Assembly: GCA_024137785.1 (NCBI GenBank)
Contig: JAHRHZ010000066.1
Coordinates: 1,733,880 to 1,797,879 of the forward strand
Direction of reading: 5' to 3'
DNA from: Ginglymostoma cirratum
Taxonomy: Eukaryota
Length of the DNA stretch: 64,000 nucleotides
In this document: in pieces, positions 52,449 through 64,000 of the stretch
How positions within the stretch are numbered: the first letter of the stretch is position 1
Layout: the number at the start of each line of letters is the position of its first letter
Notes under the pieces: model-generated
The model's database searches: none
What the model saw: only the letters and a program-made list of their open reading frames with translations
What the model was told of the DNA's origin: nothing
Position numbers and translations under genes: made by a program

Positions 52449-54224
52449 GACTGTTCACTAAAAACCAATGATCTCATCTTATTCACAAATTTGAATCAAA
52501 GTAAAACATTAGGGGCAGCAGGTTGTTTTGGACAGTGGAACTGAACATCAATAGTACATATAACGGAGAAACAACCTGACACTACCCCTTTTAAGTCCAA
52601 CTGCCAGGCTAAATTTCTACCCAGTTATATTGTACATTGCTGTTTCTATCAAACACCTTGGTGAGCTAGTTAAGTCAGTGACTCTTATGAAGTCTATTTT
52701 TGAGGTGGAATTGGAGCTAAGATTCAGCATGTTAGGCCAATTTTGGAATTTCCAAATTGGAGTTGATTGGAAAGCCTGCCACTGTATTGTAGCCATGGGT
52801 TTTTGGTCCATTTATGCAAACACTGAATCCTTCACTTGGATATGAAAGAACAGTTTTATTTATATAATAACCATAGTTACCACACAGATAAATATAAATA
52901 AAATTAAACAAAACGGTGTGCAAGCATTGAAATGTAGCCACTTAAAAATACATAATACCAGGAACCAATGAATTTGACTTTTGGGGTTGGAAGTGACCTG
53001 GGCTGCCCAGCTCAGTTTGTCTTTGGGAGTTTGAACATGCCCTTGTATTGTTGTGTTACAGTGATATTAGTTGACTAAATGAGTGCTCCGCTATGGTTAA
53101 ATTTTTGTCTGTAGTTGTTTGGAAGGAAAATTGAGTGGATGGGCTTTTTTTTTTAATTGTCATAAGTCACATCCTTGTTAATGTTTCTTAACACTACAAT
53201 CTGAGTGGAGACTGTTCATTTTTAACAATACATTTAAATTTCCAATGACTAAATAAAATTATCACATGCCAAGATTTCAAATTTTAAGACTTTTTCTATA
53301 AAGCTAAAAATGACACTGACTAAATGTTATTTCGTAGAAATTTGACCTCTAAAGCACAGAAAAGACATTCCCCCTTTTAGTACTTGCTGTGATTTACACA
53401 GCCCTTTTTAAGTGGGCATTTCAGTCTCCAGGAGCCAGTCCAAGATTATTCTGAACTCCTGATAACTTCTTTGATTTTTCTTTCCTGATCAGAAGAAGTG
53501 ACTTTTACTTTGCGGATTACATTGGAGATTCCTACACTCTAAACCAAGTTAAATGAACTTTCCAGCCATCTTTAAATTGTTATAAGTATAATCTCATCAA
53601 TTTGAGTGTGAGCTTCCATCTGCATTTTGTGCGGTGACCAACAGAGTCAATATTTAACTGTTTTCAGATTCAGGATTGGCTTCCTCTGACCCCTGCTTTC
53701 TGCTTCAGATATTTGTAAACTGCCTTGTGTGTCTGAGAATTTATGGGATATCATGGAAACCCTGACAAACTACAGTGATTTATTTTGGACTCTTGTCTTC
53801 ACTTCATCTTCAAAGAAAGATGAAACAAATGGGCCTTGTGTCTAGGCAGAATGCATAACTTCCAACTGCATTCTAGTCAGACAATTGAAAGTATAACTAC
53901 TTACAATGCTTGACATTCCTCACACTTTCTACTCTCGGTTATTAGAAATGCTCTTACATGATCCACTTGTATGATCATCTGTCAACTCTTTTCCGGTGAG
54001 ACAATCTGGACACCCATTTCAACATAAACAGCCAAGCCTCCTAGGCTTGCCAGCAGGCAGAATTCAGAGCTGATATTTCGACCTCCTGTTCTATCATTTT
54101 ACCTGAAAGAGGGAGCCCCAAACTTTGCAGCATTATTCAAATGTGACCTATTTCTGAAAATTTTATGATTTGCAAGCCTTGGGAAGTAGAGCACACTGAT
54201 TTAGATAAAACAGATATGTGTGGG

Positions 54225-54570
54225 TAGGCAATGCCTGAGTGGTATTATCGCTGCGCTATTAATCCAGAGACCCAGGTAATGCTCTGAGGACTTGAGTTCA
54301 ATTCCTGCCAGTGATGCTCATGCTCCATGAATGCATAAAATTGGTCAAGGCATTATCCTGTAAACACCTCTGCGCGGTACGATAAGTTACTGGTAATGTC
54401 AGTGGACTAGGACAAGAGTTCGAATGCTATCATTGAAATTGAGGAATTTAAATTCCATTTTCTAAGTAAGCCTATATAATCTAAGTAAATGTAATGAGAG
54501 GCTGGTATTAGTACTGGCGACCATGATACTGTGGGTTGTGAGAAAAAATACTCTGGTCAGGGGAAGGCAC
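54225..54570 (+). mobile_element. Two tandem decayed SINE heads of the 48385 family
   Basis: B boxes gagttcaattcc (~54294) and gagttcgaatgc (~54416); taatccagagacccaggtaatgctctg parallels the 34140-34200 head. Confidence 0.55.
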
Positions 54571-55097
54571 AACCCAGGAGTACTGGTGCACTAAACAGAA
54601 GCATCATACTATAGAGAGAGGTAAATAATAGATCAAATTTAAGCTGTGCAATCTTTCTACATCAAGTCACAAATGATGGCAGACAAATAAGTAAGTAACA
54701 GGAGGAAGAGGATCAATGACTATCCCCATTATCCCCAAAGTAGCCATTTTCTGCTAGAAATGCCAAGTGGATATCATTTCAGTCTCCTTCTGGTACCCCA
54801 GGATTATAGAAACTGGTACTACCTGGCACCATACCTCATTACATCTTTTGTCCAAACATTGGGAACAGTAGCTAGATTTTGAAGGCAAAGCAAGGCAAGA
54901 GAGATTGCATGTTAAATTAATGAGAGACTTGAATGAGTGGCATCAAGAAGTTTTGACTAAAATTGAAGTTGGTAGGAAATAAGGAAGACTCTGGAGACAT
55001 TCCTAGCACAAAGAAAGGTGGTTGTGGTTGTTTGCTGCTAATAATCTCAGCCTCAGGATATTACAGCAGGAGTTAGGAACAGAACATTGAAACACAT

Positions 55098-55115
55098 TGT
55101 GTGTGTGTGTGTGTG
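55098..55115. repeat. (TG)n microsatellite
   Basis: About nine TG units. Confidence 0.85.
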
Positions 55116-55579
55116 CCAGCAAGGGAGAACAATTCAGCATCTCTGTCAGCCATGGAGAAGTTCATAGCCTTTGAGGTTGCAGTTCTTGACGTGCATATCC
55201 AAGCATCTATAAATGAACAGAAACTTTCTGCCTTTACCACCCTTTCAGACAGTCAGTTCTAGACCTCGACAACCTTCTGAGTGGAAGCAAAATTCACTAA
55301 AATACAAGAAAATAAACCAATCTCCAGCCTTCTCATCATCACAGTTTCAAGATCACAAATGAAACTTTAAAAATGTGTATCCATATCTTCCTCTCCTTAA
55401 CATCTGAATTTGATATATGAAGATCATTAACCCATCTCCCCTACATTAAATACTCGCCAACATTTTCTCGCACCTTTCCATGCCACGGAAGGAGAGAATA
55501 TTACTGTGAATTAAGAGGTGAACCACCTCATTCTTGTTGAGTACAATGATGATATGATTGAACATTATTTTACCGATTT

Positions 55580-55680
55580 ACGTTTTCTTCACAGATGCTG
55601 CCAGACCTGCTGAGCTTTTCCAGAAACTTTTGTTTTTGTTCCTGATTTACAGTACCCACAGTTCTTTTCGGTTTTATTAT
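55580..55680 (+). mobile_element. Penelope terminal-repeat 3' fragment
   Basis: ttcacagatgctgccagacctgctgagcttttccag, nearly identical to 11306-11337 and 37701-37735. Confidence 0.8.
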
Positions 55681-57229
55681 TTTAGTGATATTTGGCAAGT
55701 TCCTGATGTCCGTATTTCATGCCCATTATACTTGATGAGTCTACCTGTTTGACCCCAGCAACTTATTAGCTTGATCGTAAATTAAGTTAGAACAATGTTG
55801 ATGCACTTAATGTCTAGGAATGGTTATCATTTTCAAGTTCAGTGAATAGTGAAGTGTTTATACTATGATCACAATCTTGATCTAAAATTACCCACTTAAT
55901 GAAAATATCATTCACCTCCAAAATCAGATATTGACTGAGGTAACTGTTAGCTATAACCTGTGAGCAGTGAAGAAGATTTGACGTTGGTCGAAAGAGATTG
56001 CTGCACTGGGAAATGTCTGTTTCCATGCATGCAGTGGAACATATGATAATAGGAAAGTGGTACTGAAAGGAATGGTGCTACTTGAGTAGAATGGGAGTCA
56101 AATCATGTATTGAAATAATCTGTTGTTTGACAAGATATAGTAAAAATATTTCGCATTCATCAGCAAATGCTACTGACTGGTTCTTATTTGTGCATAAATG
56201 TTGTAAAGTGGTAACCTTTTTTAATAGAACGCATCCCCAGATTTACTTAATTCTGAAGGTGGTAAGTTTATCCTGAACTCTTTTATTATTTGTTTGACAA
56301 ATTCAATTTCCCTTTTGAATTTCTGACCAAGTATAATTTTGCTCTTGTGCTTATGTTTTGCACTTTGTGTCTTTGTTCATCATCCCTTCTTAAATAGTAA
56401 AACCATATCTGGAAAAGATATGTGCAGAATGCCACATAAAGTAAGTCTGTCTTTTGTTGCATTGAATATGTATAACTCTCAGCACGACTTTTTAAAAAAA
56501 GACAGTTTAGGTATGTGGAGACCTGGGCTTGGTGCATGCAAAATAGGAAGCCCCTCTGAAATTAAATGAAAATAGAATTGAATTGAAACAAAGAAGATTG
56601 CCGTTTTGATTCTGCTTTGAAGCTGAATCTTAACGGCTTTTCTGTCTTTGTGTTGGTTTTTTCTTTGGAATATGTGGGCAAACCACAGAAATGAAAAGTG
56701 ATCTCAATTGTGCTTTTATATAATTTATTTGAAAAGTATATATTTTTGTATACCATGTGCAAATTATGACACTTTGTATGGTATGTGGAGGAACTTTAGG
56801 TTCTAAATTGTTCAGGTAGCAGAAATGTAGTCTGCTTTCTCCAAGGAAACTATGGAACTGCCTTCTAGAACCACCTTCAGCATCAGAATTTTGTCGAATT
56901 TGCCATAAGGTTGATTTCATTGAATTTATGTGCTTGCGTTTTAGCTTCTCCGCAAATATTTGATTTTTATGCAACATGGCTTTGGATAAGATTACTATTA
57001 ATGAAATCCGTGACATTGAACATGTTTTGAAGCTTTGAAAATCTTAACACATTGGAACAATTAGCATGAATTCCTCCCGAGTATTGTTGCATTTCTGTTG
57101 ATTGTTGGTTAGAAGGTACTCCTTAAAGAAAGTCATTTAGTTCTTTTTTTTTCAGGTTAGATAATCTGTTTACCCCACCACAATTTGTTATTTGACAAAA
57201 AGGTTTTGGTCTAATACCCAACCATTCCA

Positions 57230-57690
57230 TCAAGACCTAAAAGGATAATACCAGTACTGAGAGTGTATATATAGTAGGAAATAATGAACAGCTGGGTCTC
57301 TTTCTTGCTTTAAGAAATAAGGCAGCTGAGCGCTGCCCTAATAGAATCTTAAAAATTGCAAAGGTTATGATTGAGAGAATTAAGAGGGAGTATTTGCGCT
57401 TTTGGGGAGGAGCAGAAACAGAAGCCATCAGTTTGTGGTAAAATCCATTAGAGGATTCAGAAGAAGTTCTTAATTTAATTAGAGTGATGAGTATGAAGCT
57501 TGCTACCCCAAAGAGCAGTTGAAGTGGTTATTATAGATTAAGAAGAAACAATTCGATAAGCATATAAGGGAAAGGTGACTGGAGGGCTTCAATGGTAGAT
57601 TTCCTTGAAGAAAGACAAGGGCATAAATGTCATCATAGACTGATTGGATTAGTAGCCTGCTTCTCTGCCATATATCCTCTGTAATTTCAT
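57230..57690 (+). mobile_element. Decayed CR1 3' fragment
   Basis: tatgaagcttgctaccccaaagagcagttgaag (WNLLPQRAVE-like) and tail tagcctgcttctctgccatatatcctctgtaa. Confidence 0.55.
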
Positions 57691-57739
57691 TTGTTCATCA
57701 TCCCTTTTTGTGAAAAAACATTTTTTTTGGTGTCATGTA

Positions 57740-58060
57740 ACTTAGATGTGTTTCACCAGTACTGCCTACATAAGATCCTGGGTATCACATGGAGTGGTAG
57801 CATTAGTGGTGGACTAATTAACTGCAGACGATTCATTGAAGGTTGCCCGTAGAGTTTTAAGACAAACAACTGATTCTGGCAGGGCGAGTTCTTCATCCCT
57901 GGACTTAATGTCCTGCAAAAGTGGCAACAGAGGGTTTACCGTTGGCCTGGAGAAGATGATGGCTGAAACCGAAGAAGGCCTAGCAAAGTACAGTTAAGGA
58001 AGAACTACAAGATTGGCACACCACTTGGGTTGGAAGCAAAACAAATTGTGATGACTGAAG
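57740..58060 (+). mobile_element. RTE-clade LINE fragment
   Basis: gtgtttcaccagtactgcctacataagatcctgggtatcacatgg = VFHQYCLHKILGITW, resembling the RTE FHxRCLRxILxIxW motif. Confidence 0.55.
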
Positions 58061-59176
58061 GCCAGTTGCAGAGTCTCGCAACTCACTGTCCTGTAAGGAG
58101 CATGAGGAACCAAGTCTAAGTCTAGTACAACATCTTCAACCAACCTATTCTTGCTTGCCACAGTTCCTTTAGTACCATATGTGGCTATAGCTATTGCAGA
58201 GATGAATGTCATTGAGTTGAAGATAGGCTTGAAAATGAGTAGGATTTTGAATGCAATGTGATGGAGAACAGGGTACACATGGAAAAGTACATTAACTATG
58301 AGAGCATCACCTAGTGTGGAATAGAATAAATCAAGTGCTATGGGCATGACATATTTGGAGTGGGGCTGGGTGGGGAGTTCATATAGAAAATTGAGAAAGT
58401 TGGACCTAACGTTATCAAATGTGTCTAATGGAATAATCTTGCTGCTTAGAAACTTACAACTGTTTAATATGGAAATTTCAGCTGTGACTGAAAAGTAATG
58501 TAACTGAAAAGCCCATATATAAAAATGCTTTTTGTGTAGCTAATTTGATTAGTTGCAAGGGAAAATAAAAGCACATCTCAACTTGTGCAGAGATTTCCAG
58601 TCTTTAGAATGAATGATGTAGTTGTCATAGCTGAATATTGATTGTTCCATTTTGAACTTAGAACATGTACTGAATGTGTGTAACTTAGGAACAGATTTCA
58701 GTGCAGGAGGAGATTGTTTAACTCTTCTTGTCTTCACTGAATTGAGACACTTTCAATGCAGATTTATTTTTCATAATTTTCCTAGCTTTGCCCCAAAATC
58801 TAATTTTTGTTTCCTTTGAAGTAATCATCCTATAACCTTTCTGTGGTTTCCAAAACATCAATGGCAAATTCCAGAAAGGATTTCCGATTCCAGAAACTCG
58901 GTTTTTCACAAAAAACATTTGTTATAAATTCCTCCTTTCTGTATCAATGCTGTTTATCAGATCATGACCTGTTTAATATTTGTTAGGTCAATCAAAATAA
59001 CCATGTATAAACAGTACTTAAAGAGCACATGAGTTGAAGCTATTTATTTGCATGTGTTTGGACTTGGATGCACGAAACAAAATTGAAGAAGACACTAATG
59101 TTTACAGCATGAGAATAGGGTGTTGATGGGTTGGGCCATTGTTGGTATTGAGATGCAGCCAAGCAGTTAACTGTCA

Positions 59177-59401
59177 AAACCGAAAATGCTAGAGAAATCC
59201 AGCAGGTCTGGTGGCATCTGTGCAGAGACAAACAGAGGTAATGTTTCAAGTTTGATATGACTTGTTCAAAACTACGGTGCTGACCTGAAAAAGGGTCAAA
59301 TCAGGGACGAAATGTTAGCTCTGGTACTGTCCACATGCTGAATTTCACAAGTGTTTTCTGTTTTAATTGCAAGTTTCCAGCATCCAAGACACTTTGCTTG
59401 T
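59177..59401. mobile_element. Fold-back Penelope terminal-repeat insertion (older)
   Basis: Exact 12-bp TSD agttaactgtca at 59165-59176 and 59402-59413; cagcaggtctggtggcatctg arm; decayed core ctgaaaaagggtc...gacgaaatgttag. Confidence 0.75.
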
Positions 59402-60134
59402 AGTTAACTGTCACTCTCTTAGTTCTCAGACCAGACATGTTGACTCTAGTTGATCAGTGTGTTGCTATGGGAATGTGAAGATTGGCAGTTTCCTAATGAA
59501 AAAGTTAAAATGTATGTCTGCATAAAACAGGGTCCTGTGAAAGAATATATGTAGCTTCTACCATTTCACTGTGAATCTAATGTTATTAAATTAATACAGT
59601 TCTTAGCAGATTGGATTAATTAATAAATGTTACATAATAGCAAAATCACATCTAATGTGTTCCAATGCCTTAAAACTTGGGTACACATGATTGGTTTGTT
59701 GCTGGCTGTGAATGGTCACAGGGGTGTGTTATTTGATTACGGTCTGCCAGACGCTGGGACATAGTCTACGTAAGTGCCACCACACAGTCACTGAAACTCA
59801 TACCGTTTTAATTGTTTGTGTAGTAAGCAAAATGCCAATCAACACTCTCTTCCCATGTTGTACTAAGTGCTGTCTGTTTTCCAAATCTGCTTAGTATTCC
59901 AGTCCTAATGTGTGCAAGTTGAAAAACTCTATTTTTTTAAAGAATGTTTATGTTTTGTACTGTCAAGTAATTATTTATATATTTAGGTTTGCCTTTTTTA
60001 AATACTTTGAGCTTGCTGAAATCCCACTTTAACTTTAGTTGACCTTGTCTCTTCTGCCTTTGCTTGTTAACACATTTTATTGGGATGGTAGATCTCTAAT
60101 CATGAATATCATTTTTACTTTTTTTAAATTGATC

Positions 60135-60250
60135 TGTTTTTCTAATCAACTTGTTCAGAGATATTATCAAACACCTCTGCAGCTGGTGGGACTTGTATCC
60201 AGCCTCCGATCCGGGGGCAGGCACTCTGCCGTGGCACCACAAGAGGGCCC
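60135..60250 (-). mobile_element. Short tRNA-derived SINE, same family as 51515-51625
   Basis: tttctaatcaacttgttcag and gtggcaccacaag are reverse complements of that family's tail and head. Confidence 0.55.
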
Positions 60251-60299
60251 TGTGAATGTCATTCTGTTACATTCTAGAATGCCTCCATTGTTATGGTTT

Positions 60300-61484
60300 G
60301 TAATATATTTTGGAACTTGAATTCTAAAGTGGAGAAAAAAAAGATTTAAGTTTTCATAGGTATTTGTGTACGTGAAGATTTTTTTAATAAAATGTCAATA
60401 TTATTTTGGAAGCGTGAACTAAAGGCAGCCTTTGCAAGGAGCCTTAAGCTACATGTCTCGATCAACACAGGCAGTTAGAGCTGAAAAGAAGACTTGAGCT
60501 TTTTCAACATTTCATGGAGTTGGGCTGGAAAATAATCAGTGACATTAGTTTTGTGTATGTCGGGGGAGACCAAGAAAATTGTATCTGGTTAATACGCAGA
60601 AAGTCCGTTGAGTATGTAGAGCCCTTGCCATTTTTATTTTCTTTGGTTTGGAACTGAGAGTTGAGATTAAGAGCTGAAATTTGAACATCAGATTGTTCTC
60701 TTATTTCAAACAAAGACAGATGGTTGCTGTTGGAAACTGCCTTTGAAGGTAATGCAACTTCCTTACTGTTCTAAGGATGGTAGACGAATCGGCAGTGAGC
60801 TGTTGATCTGCTCCAGCTGGTGGTTGGTTGGATGTTAAATTGGTCAGTCAAGAGAGGATTGCTGCTAACCAGTCAACCACAGAATGTTGATTGGGAAGGG
60901 AAAAAGAAACAATTCTGACTCAGTTTTAGCAGAGGGCAGAATGATCACAGACAGGTGTTGTATTTTGCTGTCTCTGGTTTTCTATTGAGTTGTTGAGAGG
61001 AAGGAATCCCACTCTGAGAAATAGGTGAATATTTCTAGAAGCCGTTACATTGACTGGTGACTTTGGAATTCAACAAAATAAACGTTAAACTTGCCTGTGA
61101 ACAAACCATCGTTCAAGGGTTTCATAATGGCTGGGTATCCATCATTTGAAATGGCTCATGGCGCTGGCAAACTACTACAATTCTTTTTATTTTTGTTGTT
61201 TAATTTTTCCCTTAACTCTGTGGGTCTGTCATAGAGAGTGGAGATTATGATCGAAGAAGATTATGATCGAAGAAGGCTTTATATTATAACTATTATATTA
61301 TCAGTTGTTTATCTGTGCTCTGCCAGACTTTTATATTATTTATAATTTACACAAAAATAACAATTTATTAACTTGGTGTCCAAGACTGGTTAGGAACAAT
61401 TGGGTCACTAAATGTTTTAATCTTACGATATTGTGAATCCAGTGAGTGGGGGTTGATTTGGCTTGCTATCCCTGCATCGTAACA
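60300..61484 (+). mobile_element. Possible solo LTR (Gypsy-like)
   Basis: Ends catcgtaaca, an LTR-like terminus, with AT-rich segments upstream; 5' end and TSD not resolved. Confidence 0.3.
61242..61274 (+). repeat. Tandem duplication AGATTATGATCGAAGA x2
   Basis: Two exact 16-bp units. Confidence 0.9.
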
Positions 61485-62009
61485 CGTGAGAAATCTAAAA
61501 GTAAAGATACGAGTGACATTCCATTGAAGTGGGGTATCTGTAAATGATAGCGGTAGGAAGGAGAATATTTGTTTTACTGTTTAAGATCTTTTGTTTTACT
61601 TTTGCATAATACACTTGTGTTTCTTTGTTAAAAGTACACTAGCAATTTCATGAGATGAGATTCAGTGACTGACTACCACAGTAACCAATTTGCAAAATTA
61701 AAACTAATAATCTATCATGGCAGGCTTCACTTTGGGATCTGGCTTGTCCTATATTACAATAAGCTGCAATAATGCACACCGTTTTAGCTGTGTTTTTATT
61801 TTCAACACATGGTGGGAAACTCAACAGGTGAAAAAGGCTTAGATGCCAACTTATGGGCCAAAGTGAGCATGAGCGTTTTCCACGGAACCAGCAAGCGTAC
61901 CTGCACGTGAAAAGTTCCTGCATCTGGCTGTCTCCTTCTGCTGACCCAACAATATCAGATTCAAACCACCACATTCAGTTCATGACGTTCAAGTCTTCCA
62001 CGGCAAAGT

Positions 62010-63200
62010 GTACTTGCCCTATTTACAGTGAAGTCCACCAGCCCACATTCATCTCTCCCCTAGTGAGATGAACGACAGTTGTGCCCTGTTCCTCAACCTG
62101 CCACTAAGAGTTTTAGCTCTCTCCCACCATTTGTGGGATCTGATCTCCTTCCTGCTCATTACCAGCTCCAACCTCAGCCTTCCCGATCACTCCCACACAC
62201 TGAGAGAAGTCTTGAAACCACTGCATGGCTCCAATTTTAATGTGAACTTCAGCCCATTGTTTCACTCTAGGATCCAACACCCACCTTGGATCTTTACCTC
62301 ACAATTTACTACCTGAAAATCCTACTAGGTCTAATTTAAAACTCCATCTCCAAATAGTTTTTATCCCCCCAGGCTCACAACCCTTTTTTTTTGTGCAAAT
62401 CTGTCATGAGCTGTTAGTTCTTGCATTCCTCCTTTTTGATTATAATTCCCCAAAATCCATCTTTCCTCTACTAATTGACTTTGTGAATATGCCAAAGTTT
62501 TAGACTTGGCTCTTTCTTTTCCTTTTCTTCTTGTTGCTTCTCTAACATTATCTGTCGGAATGGGAATGTTTCTATTTTTGTTCTAACAGCACTGAGCTCT
62601 ATCTTCTCAGCACAACATTTGACAAGCTGTCTGACAGCTTGTCCAACATTAAATTATGGATAAGTCAGATCTTTCTTCAACACTATATTAGCGAGGCAGA
62701 AGCCATCCCATCTGGTTGCTACCAATAACTCTGTGCCTTAGTTCCTGATTCCGTCTCATTCACTGAGGGCTTTAAACCTGACTCTGCAAACATGGACATG
62801 CTAATTGCCTGAGCTTACATATATATCAATATCCTTAACCTACCTGACACTTAGAACATCTCCTTGTACCACTGCAGCATCACTTTTGTTTTTGTATTTA
62901 ATATCGTCACCAATAAAAATCCTCATCCATATTTCTATTACACACTAGAATTTTTTTATTTTCCAATGTCCTTCTAACTGTCCTCTTGAGCAACCCCCTG
63001 CGCAAACTCCAACACATTCAAAGCTCTGTCCGTATTTTATCCTGAATTAAATCCAATTCATGATCACCCATAGTTTTGTCAATCTCCAGACACTTCTTTT
63101 ACAAAAGCATTTTCTCACTGTCTAATCTTTGGCCACTTATTCACCATGTTTACTGGCTTGCTCAAGTGCATCTTCACCTCTTCCTTTGATGCCTTTGTTC
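62010..63200 (+). mobile_element. Decayed L2-like LINE RT region
   Basis: Pyrimidine-rich + strand; ctgtctgacagcttgtccaacattaaattatggataagtcagatctttcttcaac resembles L2 LSDCLSDIxxWMSxNFLQLN. Confidence 0.55.
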
Positions 63201-63214
63201 CCAATAAATTGAGT

Positions 63215-63745
63215 ACATAAGATGGTGAGATGGGGACAGGAGTAGACCATGCGGCCCATCAACCTGCTGCATCATTCAGTAAGATCATGGCTCACCTTGG
63301 GCTTCAACTCGACTTCCAAGATTGCTCCCACATCCCTGAGAAACTAAAAATCTGTTAATCACAGGCTTAAATATCAGCAATTAGGAATCCACTATCCTTT
63401 GTTGTAGGAAATTCTAAAGATTACAACATTTTCAAAAGGGAAAAAAAGATTCCTCGTCTCAGTCATAAATGATCAATCCCTTATGCTGAGACTGTGCCCC
63501 TGTTCTAGATTAGATTGTCTGGCCAGCAGAAGTAACCTCTTGCGTCAAGCTGTTTAGAATCTTGTATGTTTATAAGAGATTGCCTCTCATTCTTCAAAGT
63601 TCTGGAGAATATGAACTCCGTTTACTCAAAGTCTAACCATAGGACACTTGTTTCGTTCTAGGGACCAGTCTGATGAACCTTGACAGTACCGCCTCCAGTA
63701 TAAGTACATCCTTTCTTATGGACACCCAAAGCTGCACAAATTACT
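63215..63745 (-). mobile_element. CR1 LINE 3' fragment
   Basis: Reversed tail acaggagtagaccatgcggcccatc...cattcagtaagatcatggct; cccttatgctgagactgtgcccc; ctctcattcttc. Confidence 0.8.
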
Positions 63746-64000
63746 CTTTCTGACCTGGATCGTTTTCTGATGTGACCCTCTTCTCCAGGTCCTCAAGTCC
63801 AAGGGGGGCAAACTTACATGGATCTGGCAGAAAACTGATTTTAGCTATCTACTGCCAGATCTGACCAGGCCATAAAGCATTCTTGGAACTTGCTCACACC
63901 TACTAGAACTGCTCACTATTCCAGAAATGCAAAAGCAATCCCATCATGTTTTCTCTTCTGTCTTGTTAAATTTTTTTTTTCCATATTTCCCTCATTTTCA

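Noticed and set aside
57925-57945. QQRVYRW, resembling the next TYW1 exon QQRTVYRL
   Set aside because: No AG acceptor immediately upstream, no continuing similarity, and it lies within an RTE-like fragment.

Overview
AT-rich eukaryotic genomic DNA; the repeat content (HE1/V-SINE-like, Deu-SINE-like, CR1, L2, Penelope) points to a cartilaginous fish, probably a shark. The window lies inside one + strand gene, TYW1 (radical-SAM wybutosine biosynthesis enzyme). Six internal GT-AG exons (443-566, 16842-16894, 19033-19151, 21286-21395, 23004-23181, 25722-25857) splice in frame and encode the Cx12Cx12C auxiliary-cluster and CxxxCxxC radical-SAM motifs. I found no further TYW1 exon in the last ~38 kb. 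The rest is intron with decayed retroelements. Most notable: (i) Penelope-derived units carrying minimal hammerhead-ribozyme cores, several as fold-back insertions with 12-15 bp target-site duplications; (ii) a second hammerhead-like repeat family; (iii) a ~1.2 kb TG...CA element with a 5-bp TSD containing an env-TM-like relic and a nested hairpin; (iv) a LINE with a tRNA-SINE-type head whose head and tail match a free SINE. Family names come from recalled motifs, not database searches, and repeat boundaries are approximate unless a TSD is given.
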